From contig NC_068989.1 in assembly GCF_001194135.2 (NCBI RefSeq), forward strand, positions 10,044,468 to 10,108,467: 64,000 nucleotides of DNA. The letters run 5' to 3'. The stretch's first letter is position 1, and the number at the start of each line of letters is the position of its first letter. Origin of the DNA: Octopus bimaculoides. Lineage: Eukaryota. The notes under the pieces were generated by a model. The model was not told the DNA's origin. It was given only the letters and a program-made list of their open reading frames with translations, and made no database searches. Positions 25,389-39,846 of this stretch are shown piece by piece. A program made the position numbers and the translations under genes.

Positions 25389-26278
25389 ATTCCTCCACAC
25401 ACACACACACAACATACACTGCCTAACCTCTTACTCTGTCCACCTTTACTGCTCGTCACCTGTTCAGGTTGCCCTGCCTCACACATTACATATAATAATT
25501 TCACAATATATCCTCAACTACAACTTCACTGAGCTGCTGAGGTAAAGAAGTTATGGATGGATGTACAGACAACATATTTAAATTGATTCACTATACATTA
25601 CATGAAAGATAAAGTAATGATACTTCGAATGCAATCGTGGAGATGTTATCTTTATAAGTTTATACAAATGACAGGCATAGCAAAATATAACATATTAAGG
25701 AAACAGAGATTGCTGATGTCACGTGCAATCACAGTTTGCATAAAGAGATAGGCTAAAAACTGGTCAGAAGATATCTCTAGGTAATTGTCATCTTGTACAG
25801 ACATCTCAGACAATGCTGTTCACAGACTACAAACAGCTAGTTTTGGATGACAGCTGTCTTTCGTGATGCCACACAAGAAGAGGCTGCAGTTTAGGCAGTT
25901 CTCAGTTAATGCAAAATTATCTTTCATTGGTATCTACAGAAAGTTTTTATTTTTCTCTTTTGTTACACAGTAAATACCAGTTTCTGTTTCTAGAGGCAGA
26001 TATGCAGGAAGTTTACCAACACTGACACGTGACAAAGATGTAGCCGTATGATAGACAAATATTATTTCTACCACTCAGCCAATGTCAACTAAAAATATCT
26101 ATTGAGACAATATGTATAGTCTGCACTGTGCCAAAGAAAATAGGGGTGGAGTGAGGGCAGGGTAGGGTGGAATTCGAATTAGATCATGCAGTAAATATAC
26201 GTCAACATTTCAAGAAAGGAAATCATTAAAGTTCAACATCTGAGTTAAATATCTACAATCGAATATTTCTTTTCACTG

Positions 26279-26310
<32 letters not shown>

Positions 26311-29300
26311 TGGACAACTCCTTACATCTTTGTGCACACACACACACACAAACACACACACTCAAGAATCAATATTTCCACTCTGTGTCTAACACACACG
26401 TGCACAAACACATACATACAGAATCTACAAGTCAATATTTCTATTCTATGTCACACACAGACACACAGAAGTTTCATATAGTGTTAACACACACACACAC
26501 ACAAGCACACACAAACTGTTCTATAGTGTTACACAAATGAGCAGCTCCACAGTGACATGCACGCATACATCACACATCAACATCTTCGCTCAGTTTCAGA
26601 GACATAAAGTCTGCAACCTTACACAGGAATCAGAGAATAGGAAATAAGAAGAAATATTTCTGAAAGGCTTCCATAAGTTTTAAGCAACATACCTATAATT
26701 CCCAAAGGATTTTTCTGCAACAGTAAAACTGTTGGAACATTACCAAACATGTCTTTCTCCTATTTTCACACTTATCTAAGATTTGGTGATAATAAAGTTG
26801 ACAGCAGCCCAGAAAATTCCCAACTAAAATATTTATGTTGACAAATAATAATGAATATTCAATGGAGATTCTGTGCTGGATACTTTTAGTGTTTATTCTC
26901 AATAGTGCCACAATTTCTGTTCATTCATGCAATGATTAATAATTCCTAGATATTCACAAAATATAAATATAAAAAGAACAGAAAAGAAAAGAAAAGAAAA
27001 GAAACAGTAGGGCTAGGAGAGGAAGAAAATAGCAAAATAAATTTAAGCAATTATTCATCCTAGATGTGTGTTTATTTTTTAAATATTTCTTGCTGTGTTT
27101 GTTTGTTTGTTTGTTTTTTTTTTTTGCATTTCTTCTCGTTTCTTATTTATTCATTTGTGAGTTTCGAGAGAACCAACGATCATAAAGCTGATGGAATATC
27201 TCTGTTATAAACACTTTTGTTGAAGTTACACTTTTTATTCCTTCAATCTAAGTGTTAAATTTGTTCTTTAACATGTTTCGTTGTAAGCGTTATTACTCAA
27301 TGAACATCCTCTATGAACACATTATGCATTTAATATTTCAAATAAAAAGATTTTTCTGTTTTTCGAATGTTTGGTGAAATACTTTTAATCTGGAGGGAAT
27401 TAAATCAAACAACGCCTGTAGCATGTTGTGGTGAGAATCTCGTATGTATTCTTCACCTGTCAAAAAAGAGGATTTCTGCTAAATTGAAGATCAAAATTCA
27501 ATGGCTTAGCCAGTACGCTGGGGATCGGTGAAGAAAAACTACCATAATAAATATTAACTTTGACAGAACTGGCACCACTGAACATCACTGTAGGTTATCT
27601 CGATTTAGGGACACACCAACAATGCAACTCAGCAATAGCTATTCCAAGAACAAAATGACGGCAAAGTTTAGAAATATGTCTTCCTTCATAAGATTAATAT
27701 AGAGTGGACAAATTAAGCAATCAGTTATAAGAAAGATTAATTTATGTCACTGGTCGGTTGCAACTGCTGTAGTTTAAATTTCCAATATTCAAAGAAATCA
27801 TACTGGTAGCAAGAAGATAGATTTTTTTTTACAGGTTATAACATTCATATAATGTAAACAAATAATAAAACTACTTTTATTCATCCCATCACATATCATA
27901 CAGATCAAATAATTTGAGATGATTGCTTCTTGAGACCATTCAAAAGAACTCATTTTTTATACGAAAGAAAGGCTTTCATGTTTCATTTTTTTATAGTTTG
28001 GTCTTTGTTGTTGCTTTTTTTTTAATCATAATTTCTATGGATTGTCATACAAATAATGGAACAGTTGCAACAATCGAAAGCTGGATGACAACAGAGTTTC
28101 AAGAAAAGATTAATGTTTAAAACTGACTAAACAGTGATGTATAAGGTTTGTCACTGGCAATAGATTTTTCACCATGTCGACATCAAGTAATGTTAGAAGG
28201 CCTGTTAACACTTTTTCTTCAAATTGTCTTCTTACATTCATCTCCTTCGAGTCTAGTCCCACTACAACTGACATGTGCCTTCTCTTGCTATTGTGCTATC
28301 ACTAACAACAAGCTATGCAAGTTGTTTTCATATTTCTGTCATCCGGCCATTAGCTCAAATGGCTGCCGCAGACAAATTTTCGCACCTTCCTATTAGATCT
28401 CTTTAACCTGTCCAAACCCTTACTTTTCCAGGTCACACAGCCCATTTATCATCTTCCGTATCCTGTCTCATTGCACATCTGACAGCAATGCCAGATAATA
28501 CTCCCAACAAACGTAGTCAAAAAGCCACTTTCGTGCACAAACATGGCACAGAATGGATTTTGACATTAGATATACTCCAAAAGAACATCTATTTCTTAAC
28601 ACTTTTGATTACAATAAATCAAACACTGCAAACAGAATCTACTAATTTAACTTGTGATAATCATTTACTTGAGACACTCTTTTGACCTGCTATTGGCATA
28701 TTGTTCGATGGATGAACGTATTGAGTACACAGTATCAAACATTCTTTTCTTCCTTTAATTCTATCACAGCAATCTATCACTACACTCTCCTCTTATTTTA
28801 GCTGCACCCGTATACACACACACACACAAATCGACATATTAATCAACTGAAGTAAAGTCATCTACTTCAACAGCACACCTCCACACCTACCAACCACCAA
28901 TCTGAAGTGCTGGTTACTATACAATGTAGATGTGTTAAAGTTCGTTCTCGACTTTTGATTATCTCTCTCTCTCTCTCTGATTTGAATCAAGCCAAACTAC
29001 TGAACTATTTGCCATCACTTAACACCAATTCGCACTTAGCATTCAGTCTAAGAATTATCAACAAACTGACATTAAACCTGCGTTCATGAGATGCACATTA
29101 GATATTGTATCAATTAAAGTCAATTCACAGCTTCTAAGTATATTGATAATAGTCACTAAAGCTAACTGCTCTGGTCATTAGTTCTGACTCTAATGCCACT
29201 AGCCAAGACACTTATCGATATAGTGAAGTGGGCCTAATGCTGGACAGTAAAAAGAAGATACTTTCTACAAATCTACTTCCTAATTTGCAAAAAATCTACT

Positions 29301-29786
29301 GACAGCTCTAATTGTAGATGAGATAAATTCCCTTGAAATAGAATGAATTGTATAAAACTAAAGAATCCTTCCAAACTAGAGAATTAAGGAATTGTCCCAA
29401 ACTAGAAAAGGAGATACTCCAAACTGGCAAAAAAAAAAAAGAAAGAAAGAAAGAAAGAAAAAACTCAATATGCAAATTAAAAAGCGATCAAGGTGAAGAA
29501 TGTTCATCTGTTAAAACTAAGATAAACAGATTAGAACATTGTTATAAATCACATTGTTGTCAATGATGGTGATGGTGATGATGATGATGCCTTAGGAATG
29601 ATAGCAGAAGGGGCTGATTGCTACCTAGCTCAGATACTTAAACATTCTCTAGAACAATACAATGTGCAAAACCAAATACATGACACCCTAGGCATAACAC
29701 CAACTTGAACTTCTAACTTGCTGTCTCTTGAGGTCTTTGGGTGAGATGTGGAGTCAACTTGTACAAATACAAAGCAAAAGCCAAAC

Positions 29787-29833
<47 letters not shown>

Positions 29834-29924
29834 GCCTTGATGCAATACCATGCAGTGACTCTCATGGCTCATTATTTTAACTTTGATGGCATGTGCTGCT
29901 CCCTCACTCAATACTAATAAATAA

Positions 29925-30119
29925 TATTGGTTTCAAATTTTGGCACAAGGGCAGCAATTTAAGGGGAGAGGCTAAGTTGATTACATGGGCCCCAGTGCTA
30001 AGCTGGTGCTTATTTTATCAACCCCAAAAGGATTAAAGGCAAAATGGACCTCAGCGGAATTTGAACTTAGAATGTAAGGACAGCCTGGCATGCTAACAAT
30101 TCTGCCAGTTCACCACCTT
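29925..30119 (-). mobile_element. SINE family B, older subfamily, between (TAA)n tracts
   Basis: ttggtttcaaattttggcacaag tail...ggaatttgaacttagaatgt...tgctaacaattctgccagttcaccacctt head. Confidence 0.85.
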
Positions 30120-31060
30120 AAATAATAATAATAATAATAATAATAATCCTTTCTGCTATAGGCTCAAGGCCTTTAAATAATAATGATGATGATGATGATG
30201 ATGATGATGACAATTTCTTCTTAATATTAATAATTATTAAATAGAGGGATGTGGGTTATATTAGCATTAAGCCACATTTAATGTTCCATTTTTCTGACGA
30301 AATCTGAAAAAAAGAAACTTGAGGAGCTACAATTCAATTACGGAGAGAACATGGGTCCATTCCCACAGCTAAGTTACAGTTACTAAACTTAAAGATATTA
30401 ACAGAAATTTGCTTGATATATAATATATAGCAATTCTTCTTTCTCCATTCCTCCATAAAAAAAATAGTAATGATAATAAGTATAACATTTTTAAATGACC
30501 TTCAGGTAATTTGATGGTTAGCCACATATGAAATAAAATCAAAGAATTTGATTAAAATTTTCCGCAAATATGATATCAGAAGTACAACTGAAGGTCATAC
30601 ATCAAACAAAACATCGTCCTTCGAACAATGTAATTTGTACAAATTTGGTACATTTGATCAATTCTATTGTCCACAGAAGAAGTCTTAAGTGTAATGAGAG
30701 ACCGTGACAATAGTGGGGGAATAATGGAGAAAAACAAAATGAACAAAGATCATCAAGGAATGCTTTGGTAAAGAAATAAATAAATGACAGAAATAAAAGA
30801 CTGGAAAAAAAAAAAGTTTGAGAAGAAATAGAGATGAAAGCATGAAAGTATAAACAAGAATAACTGTTAGAAATCGAAAGAAAAATAAGTGAATAAAATA
30901 AAACACAAATACATACAAAGACAAAATGAGAATAAGATTATATTTTAAAAAATGGCGGGGGGGGGGATGAAAATACAAATGCATGTCAGTAATGAAACCA
31001 AAGAAGAATGGAGAAACAATAAAAACTTGCACAATGCCACAACATTAAAATTTAACAAGA

Positions 31061-31102
<42 letters not shown>

Positions 31103-33110
31103 TCAAAAGTGAAATGAAAGAGAGACAGGCAAGAATGGAAGAGAAAGGAGAGCAAGCAGGGGAATAANNNNNNNNNNNNNNNNNNNNNNNNNNNNNNNNN
31201 NNNNNNNNNNNNNNNNNNNNNNNNNNNNNNNNNNNNNNNNNNNNNNNNNNNNNNNNNNNNNNNNNNNNNNNNNNNNNNNNNNNNNNNNNNNNNNNNNNNN
31301 NNNNNNNNNNNNNNNNNNNNNNNNNNNNNNNNNNNNNNNNNNNNNNNNNNNNNNNNNNNNNNNNNNNNNNNNNNNNNNNNNNNNNNNNNNNNNNNNNNNN
31401 NNNNNNNNNNNNNNNNNNNNNNNNNNNNNNNNNNNNNNNNNNNNNNNNNNNNNNNNNNNNNNNNNNNNNNNNNNNNNNNNNNNNNNNNNNNNNNNNNNNN
31501 NNNNNNNNNNNNNNNNNNNNNNNNNNNNNNNNNNNNNNNNNNNNNNNNNNNNNNNNNNNNNNNNNNNNNNNNNNNNNNNNNNNNNNNNNNNNNNNNNNNN
31601 NNNNNNNNNNNNNNNNNNNNNNNNNNNNNNNNNNNNNNNNNNNNNNNNNNNNNNNNNNNNNNNNNNNNNNNNNNNNNNNNNNNNNNNNNNNNNNNNNNNN
31701 NNNNNNNNNNNNNNNNNNNNNNNNNNNNNNNNNNNNNNNNNNNNNNNNNNNNNNNNNNNNNNNNNNNNNNNNNNNNNNNNNNNNNNNNNNNNNNNNNNNN
31801 NNNNNNNNNNNNNNNNNNNNNNNNNNNNNNNNNNNNNNNNNNNNNNNNNNNNNNNNNNNNNNNNNNNNNNNNNNNNNNNNNNNNNNNNNNNNNNNNNNNN
31901 NNNNNNNNNNNNNNNNNNNNNNNNNNNNNNNNNNNNNNNNNNNNNNNNNNNNNNNNNNTAACACAAACTTTTAACTCTTTTTTTAAACCTAACACAAGTC
32001 TCAATTCTCATGCATCCTTATTTTTCCAACCATTATATACATGAATTACCATTGAACTTCAAAAGCTCAAAGACAATATAATGTATTGGTATATTTATTT
32101 TTTTATATATTATTTTTTTTATATATTATTTTCTTCATTTTGTACTTCTTTGTAAAAAACATTTTCATTCTCCCTCTTCTTGAAAATTTGCTTCACAATG
32201 AAAGCCGGTTAGCGAAATCTTTATTAAAATATGCTTCCAGTTTAGCATTCTGCCTTATTATTATTTTTCATTTTCCTATATATATATATATATGTATGTA
32301 TGTACATATATATATGTACATGTTTGTATTATTTCCTCTAACTTACATCTTAAGGAAATTTCAAGAAATACCACAACACAACTAGTTGCTGGTTAGAAAC
32401 AGAGGAAAGATAAAAGCTAATAACCAACTAACGATGTACCACTGTATTGATCAAAGAAGTGAAATCACCTTGCTGCTATGCAATTATTAGAAAAGAGCAA
32501 TCACCCCCCTTTCAATAACTGACAAATGGTAGCAAAAAAGAAAAAAAAATACCAGCAACTGACTTTGAGAAGGACACCAAGATACATTTTTACTTGCTGT
32601 TTTTGTAATGCAAGACTCTTGGTTAAATGGAAATGTTTGGAATTAAAGATAACCGTTGGTTGTTGTTGTGTTTAGTTACATGATAACTTTGATCAAATAG
32701 GCCTATGATCAAAGACATTCCAACCATGACTATATCTTAAGATTTTCAGATGCCATACGAGGGAGTTTGGTAGCTATTTCTAGTATGTCACACAACCAGA
32801 TAGGCTTGTGTCTTGCTGCTGATGCTAGCAAAGATCAAGCAGTGAATGTGAAGGTGGATCAGTAGATCTTAAGAAATTTTCTTCCTATGCTAAGGAAAAT
32901 ACAACATGTAGAATGCCAGATATCAAACCAAGAGGCAGTGAGTTCAAATCGTATCTCTGATACTACACTGAACCCTTGTACACATTAAATAGTTCAATCC
33001 ACCTAGCCAAAAGTAGAGACCATAGCACAATTAACTGTTCTAACCAGTAGCAACACTGTACAACTTAGCTTCAGTCTTGCTGATGTCATCTGGAAGAGAC
33101 TGGGGCTAAT

Positions 33111-33300
33111 CATCATCATCATCATCATTTAATATCTCTTTTCCATGCTGGAATGGCTTGAACAGTTACACTGAAAAACTGTTAAACCGAGGATCTGCAC
33201 CAGGTTCCGATCTGATTTGGCAAGGTTTCTATGGTTGGATGCCCTTCCTAATGCCAACCACTCCGAGAGTGTAGTAGGCATTTTTTACGTACCACCAGCA
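33111..33300 (-). mobile_element. Family D: RTE-like 3' tail
   Basis: (CAT)n then ttttccatgctgg...tttctatggttggatgcccttcctaatgccaacc. Confidence 0.78.
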
Positions 33301-33618
33301 TGGGTGCTGTTGACCTGACACTGGCATCGGTCACGACTAACTATACTTTAATAAGATATAAAATCCCCAATCTTCATTTACACCAAACCCATAGCCATGA
33401 AGCATAGTGTGGTTATTCTGAGAGAGGTATTTTGCCTAACTCAGTAACTGACAGAACAATGTTAGCTGCAGCATTCAAACTAGACACTTGAATGTATCGT
33501 CCAGCAATTTAACTACTCAATCAGAGGAAAATTAATGTTCATTTTTGTGTTTTGTACCATAATATTAGCTTTCTGATGGAAACTGTCCAAAAACTCTTCA
33601 ATTATTAATAGGTCTCAC

Positions 33619-33633
33619 AGTTACCAAGACTAT
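33619..33633 (-). CDS. Possible 15-nt microexon E3 (DSLGN), with an alternative 9-nt form 33625-33633
   Basis: Acceptor ttatttccatctctgcag and two in-frame donors (TTG|gtaact at 9 nt, ACT|gtgaga at 15 nt). Both preserve the phase-1 frame. The upstream intron is A-rich, so support is modest. Confidence 0.27.
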
Positions 33634-35262
33634 CTGCAGAGATGGAAATAATTTTGTCTTATTTTTCGCTGGTTTTTCCCATTTAAACATAACAATTATT
33701 ACGTTTCCGGATTAAAAAACAAATTAAGAAATACATTCATTTGTGGTTCTAAAAATTTAAAAAAAAAAAAAAAAAAAACATAATAGTAAAATAAATAAAT
33801 AAAAACTGGGGGAAAATCTATTTAACTGTCTTTTTAAACAATCAACCATTTCATGGGGGGGGGGGAGAATTTTTGTTTTTAACTTCAGCTATATCTTCAC
33901 TTCAATAAAATAAATATATTTCTCACTGACCCTCAACCAGCCCAAGATAATTACAAAAAAAAACAAAAAAAAACCTAATTGAGCCATTTATATGTCTGTG
34001 CTGTTGCTTAGCAAGAATGTAAGAGCCAACGCTATGATATTATGATTTTTAATAATTCTAACTATTCCTATGAAACATGATTATTAATAATTCTAAGCAG
34101 AATAAAAATAATTACATCGTAAATAGAATTAAAAGAATTGTAATTATTGTAATTAGAATTAATAATAATTATAATAATTTTAAGTAGAATAATTAATAAT
34201 TATATAATAATTTTCAGCATCATCTTCCCATGGGAATATCTTTCTGACACACCTTCAAGTTTCTAATATTCATAGATATCCTTCACACACAGACATTTCA
34301 AACTCAACGCCATTACCACTTCTCTGTACTTCACTCTCTAAATCATAAATAATACAGGTTGCAGATTAGAGATAGGCTTTCTTTAACTTTATTACTGCTA
34401 TCTATGCATCTGCCTATCATGTAGAAGCCACCAATTTACACCGAATCTTATCTAGGAGAAAGTCTGATGCAGCCTGGTGTTGTTGAAATCTAAAGAAAAA
34501 GCAGGGTTGGAAATGATATCAGATTCTTATTTCATGTTACGTGAGGATAACAAAAATAACAGCTGAGATTTCTAGTGGCGCTCAACAGTGACAGATGAGG
34601 GTGTTGCATAATCAATTATCTTTTGAGGCATGTTATAATAGGTGTCACGTTTGTGTCAATGACCAAGGGCTAAAGAAGACGAAAGGGTAAGGTAGAGTGT
34701 AAATGCAATTTCTGTCACCACTAGCTCTGCTCGTGAGTAATTAAGAAAGTTTAATTATTCAAACCCTAATTATTACACATTTTCAGTCACCAGAAGCAGC
34801 TGCTGAGATCTACCACCACCACCACCACCACCACCACTACCACCACCACCACAAACACTAACATGGTAAACAACAGCAAATAAGATTAACGAATAAAAAT
34901 TAATACAAAATACATTAACATAATTTGAAAACCCGCATAGCATGACTTAATTTCCATGCTGCTAGTTAAGAGGGCAAAAGTAGATCTGTTTTAGTAGCTG
35001 ATACCCATTTATTATTGGTTAATCAGATACACCTCTCTGTCCTTTTCATTCACTGCCTTTGTCCTAATTCAGGGAAACCCTAACCACCTAAGTTCACAGT
35101 GACACTCCGATCACATGACCATACCATCTTCATTCCTCCCACAAACTCTTTTATTCAATAAACTAATTCACAATCAATTTTCCTCACTGGAATCAACTAC
35201 ACAATTTGTTCTCCATTTTCTTTCTCTGTATGTTTTACAAGGTCATATATCTTAACCTACAC

Positions 35263-35687
35263 CAGAGGTTCTCAATATGGATGGTACTGCCCCTAAAGAG
35301 GTGCTGGGCATGTCGAAGAGGGCATTAGACTTTACAGGGGAAGTGAGGTGGCGGTGAGGTAACATAATTAACATACTAAATTTTATATTATACATGATAA
35401 AACTAGTAATGGGTATTAAAATAAAATGAGATCTCATCAGGTACAGGGAAGTCATTAGCTTACAATGTATAAAGTAAATTTACAACTTTTGTCTTAATTA
35501 GATTTTTATCATTTCACTGTTCAAAGCTTATACGATCCATTTTTCAAGTAAAATTTATAAACTATCATTCAATGTTAAGTTAGTTTAGTCATGAGACCTC
35601 ACTTGCTACTTAGGTGAGCACTAGACATATCAACTACTGGAATGGGGGGGGGGGGACTTACAAAAATAAAAAGGCTAAGAATCGCCA
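35263..35687. mobile_element. Degenerate hAT-type non-autonomous element
   Basis: Left TIR cagaggttctcaa, degenerate right TIR aaggctaagaatcgcca, 8-bp flanks acctacac/atctacac (7/8). Confidence 0.55.
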
Positions 35688-36070
35688 ATCTACACTAATG
35701 CTAGCTAATTGTCTTTGAGAACATATAAAAATTTATCACTTCATTAATAATCCAAGTTCCTAAATACATAATAAGGCTGGTCGTGTTGCAAATTAAGCAA
35801 TCTTGTGACAGTCTTTGAAATTACTGGGTCACATATTTCTGTAAATTTACAGATTTGAATGATATCTAGATATATGCATTTCAGTGATAGATTTATGTCT
35901 GTCCCTGCTTTTTTTAACACAGAAATATAAACTAAAGTGTTTTGGCTAAGTGTTCATTAAGACAGATTTAAAACCACGCTCTACAGCCCAAGCAGCTCAT
36001 TATAATGACATTATTATTCCTTTGTTTTATATATTTAATCCCCAGTGAGGTTCAAAGCTTATATATATAT

Positions 36071-36226
36071 AGAGAGAGAGAGAGAGACAGAGAGAGAGAC
36101 AGAGAGAGAGACAGAGAGAGAGACAGAGAGAGAGACAGAGAGAGAGACAGAGAGAGAGACAGAGAGAGAGACAGAGAGAGAGACAGAGAGAGAGACAGAG
36201 AGAGAGACAGAGAGAGAGACAGAGAG
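36071..36226. repeat. (AGAGAGAGAC)n decamer microsatellite
   Basis: Directly visible; explains the RERD/ETER/SLSV ORFs. Confidence 0.97.
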
Positions 36227-37850
36227 CAGGAACAACAGATGGTGGTTTTTGAGTCTTTCTTCAAAACTAGGCATCTTTCTATATAAAAGGATCAGATGTT
36301 TTTTTTATAAAAGGAATAACAAATTAAACAACTGTTATTGGAGTGATAGAAACAGTACAGCACTGGGTTAAATGCCTCAACATATTTAACTATGAATCTC
36401 TCTGTTCTGTGTTCAAATCCCACAGGGGTTGGGTTTGTCTTTCATCTGCCTAATGTCAATAAAATAAATTCTACCTTATATACCTATATTGATTCAACCA
36501 AATATATCCAACCTCGTAGCCCTATGATAATATATAAGGTGGGATCAATAGGCTATAAGACAACCAGCTGGGAGGTAGGAAACGGCTATTCCTATCTTAT
36601 CTGTGATGTTACAGAGCTTCCACTTAACTGTTAAGTTGTGAACAGGTATCACATGGTAGATTGACGCATTGCTGGAAGAAGCAGACACGTTGCAAAATTA
36701 ATATGATAATGAGTTCAGAAATGTTGTCAACTGACAGAAATTCTAAGAGCATCAAATGACTACCTTGTGAATAATTACGTGTTTGGGTTCTTTTCATTTT
36801 GAGTTCAACTCAGGCCAGTTTCTTTCTGTGTTGATAAATAAAGTGCCAGTCAAGTATCGGAGTTGATTCTTCTCCCACATACCAGCCTGTTTCTACCTAG
36901 TTATTGTCATTCAAATGAGGATGCCAGCTAGTCCAAAGCCTGAGTGGAAGGCAGGGAGAGTCTGAACAAGGAGCTAGCAACCTTTTCTCATAAAGACCAT
37001 CCAAGGAATCTAAAGAAAGCATTTGTAGTTGAGAGACAGCCAGGGAAAATGGGCTGGATTTGCGTATAATGCAATATGGAACATACTTAGAACTGGAGAC
37101 CAAATTCAGATCCTTCTAGCAGATTTTGGTCAAGAAAAAGACAAAAAAAAACCAGTCCTAATCTTCCCTTTATTCACAATACCACTTCAGAGTAAGGGGG
37201 AAAAATGAATTAATACAGAACATTATTACATTCTGACTATGGTAAAAGTATTAAAAGTGCCTTGTTATTGGGTTGCCTCTGCCTCACCAACAGCGCCACA
37301 CTGTAGCAGAGTAAGAATATGCAAGCAAGTAGTCAGTTTACAAAAATACAGCTTCAGAGGGAAGAGCTTAAAGATCATTCCTACATTTCTTTACTTTTAC
37401 TACCACTACTAGTAGTAAAAACAAATAAGGATTAAACTGAAGAATTACTCAATAGTTTTAGTTTTAGTACAGTTCATGTTTATTAAACTTTTACCAAAAA
37501 GGGGTGGTAGTGACTTTGAAATTTTGGTCTACTAGCTTTCACTGAACTGTTCAACAAAGGCTAATGGCAAAAACTGCAAAGTCATAGTAACACCCTTTAT
37601 ATANNNNNNNNNNNNNNNNNNNNNNNNNNNNNNNNNNNNNNNNNNNNNNNNNNNNNNNNNNNNNNNNNNNNNNNNNNNNNNNNNNNNNNNNNNNNNNNNN
37701 NNNNNNNNNNNNNNNNNNNNNNNNNNNNNNNNNNNNNNNNNNNNNNNNNNNNNNNNNNNNNNNNNNNNNNNNNNNNNNNNNNNNNNNNNNNNNNNNNNNN
37801 NNNNNNNNNNNNNNNNNNNNNNNNNNNNNNNNNNNNNNNNNNNNNNNNNN

Positions 37851-37899
<49 letters not shown>

Positions 37900-38733
37900 C
37901 ATACACACACACAAACACACACACACACACACACTTGGATTAGATACATTACAGATGTATAGCACTCTACCCACAATCTGGAACGAGACTAAAAAACAAA
38001 ATACAATACAAATTTCGTATCATTTAAAACTAAACATGGGCTTTTGGCTTCGCTTGTGTCCCTGTTGGTCAACCCCTCCTCTCTCTCTCTTAAAAAGCTG
38101 AATTTCTGTTTAGGAAAAAAAAAAAACCAGTAAAATGAAGCTATAGGGAATTGCCTCAAGAGTCTATGAGTCAGCATGCCTTCAATGTTCAGAGCTAATT
38201 AAGGTAAAAGTGTTTAATAATTCCAATTAACTAACACTACAGCAATACTCCTGCTAGCCTTACGCCTACCTTATTATACAAACATACAAAGATGCATGCG
38301 TGCGTGCATGCATGCACACCCACACACACAGAGTTTCAAATAATAACAACATCACTTCATTACAAATAGTCCAAATACAAGCTTAAATTTACTTTGGCAA
38401 TTGAGTTTAGAAAGCTAACTAAAAACCAAATTGTTTTGTATGCTTGTATGCCTGCATGTGCCAGGTTGTGTGTGCGCAAGTGTGCCTGGGTGTATGTGCG
38501 TAAAAACATAACAAAAAAAAAACAAGAGTAAAGAAAAAGAAATCAACTATGGCTTGTTTAAATTCTCAATCATGAAATTCAGTCTGATCACCGTCCATGA
38601 TTAAACAGGCAAGCAGTTTGTATAAAGAAAGGAGAACTGCAAATTTACACAACTCTCGGATTCTGAAGCTTCAGGGTGCAAAACAAGCATCCCAGCATCA
38701 TGAAACTATTTCGGAAAATAAATTACAAATAAC

Positions 38734-38788
<55 letters not shown>

Positions 38789-39763
38789 CAAATTGAAAAT
38801 GGAAAAAAAAAAAAAAAACCAGAAAAGGAGACTTTAAAATAAATAAAATTTTAGGGTTTTATTTTTTTATTTTGCTAGTTTGTTTTCCACTTATTTATTT
38901 TTCCTTCTTTTTTGATTGGTTTTTGAATTTATTAATTGCTGGTTAACTTTCCAAATTATACTAATTGTAAGTGAAAACGAGAAATGGAAGAAGACAAGGA
39001 AAAGGGAGAAGAAAGAGAAGATGAAGAAGGAGACGAGTTTTTGAAAGGATACCAATAGACAAGTTTTTAGCAAATCAGCAATAGGGTGAGTGCATGCTGA
39101 TCTAATTATATTACCATATTACGAGCATTATATATTCATCTTTTTAGCCTATTAAGTAAATTTGCAATGCTAAATACAAACAGGCGGGAGTCAGATTATT
39201 ATCAGAGAATAACCATCACCCCCAACACCACCATCACCACCACCACTAGTACCATCAACTATTGTTATTCTTGTCATTTTCCTCCATCTTTACAAAGATA
39301 TATATTTCCAGTACTGGCTGTTTTACTTCTTTGATTTGCTTCTTTGTTTATTTGCTTTTTTTTCTTTCTTTCTTTCTTTCTTCTATTTCGTGTTATTTTT
39401 ATTTTTGTATTTATATTTTTGTTTTGATTTCTTCGAGTACAAATAACATGAGATTTATGAAATTCATTTTAGACATCACAACAGTTAACTTGGAAAGAAG
39501 TGAGAATGAAATCAGATAAATTTCCAGATATTTTTCTCAAAAGTAAGAAAGCAGAAGTGTAGTGAACATTAATCTACGTAATCTTTTACACTGAAAGATT
39601 AGATAAATATAATAGATAGGAGCAGCGCAGATAGCAACAGCAACAACAAACTACCAACATGATATCATTTGGTTAGCAATGAATGTACGTATCATTGTTA
39701 TACAAACTGAAGTTATGGAAAATCATACATACACACACAAATTCATATATCTCTGTGTGCGTA

Positions 39764-39802
<39 letters not shown>

Positions 39803-39812
39803 NNNNNNNNNN

Positions 39813-39846
<34 letters not shown>

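Noticed and set aside
30498-30597. 10-bp inverted repeat tgaccttcag...ctgaaggtca
   Set aside because: No TSD and no second copy in the window, so too weak to call a MITE.
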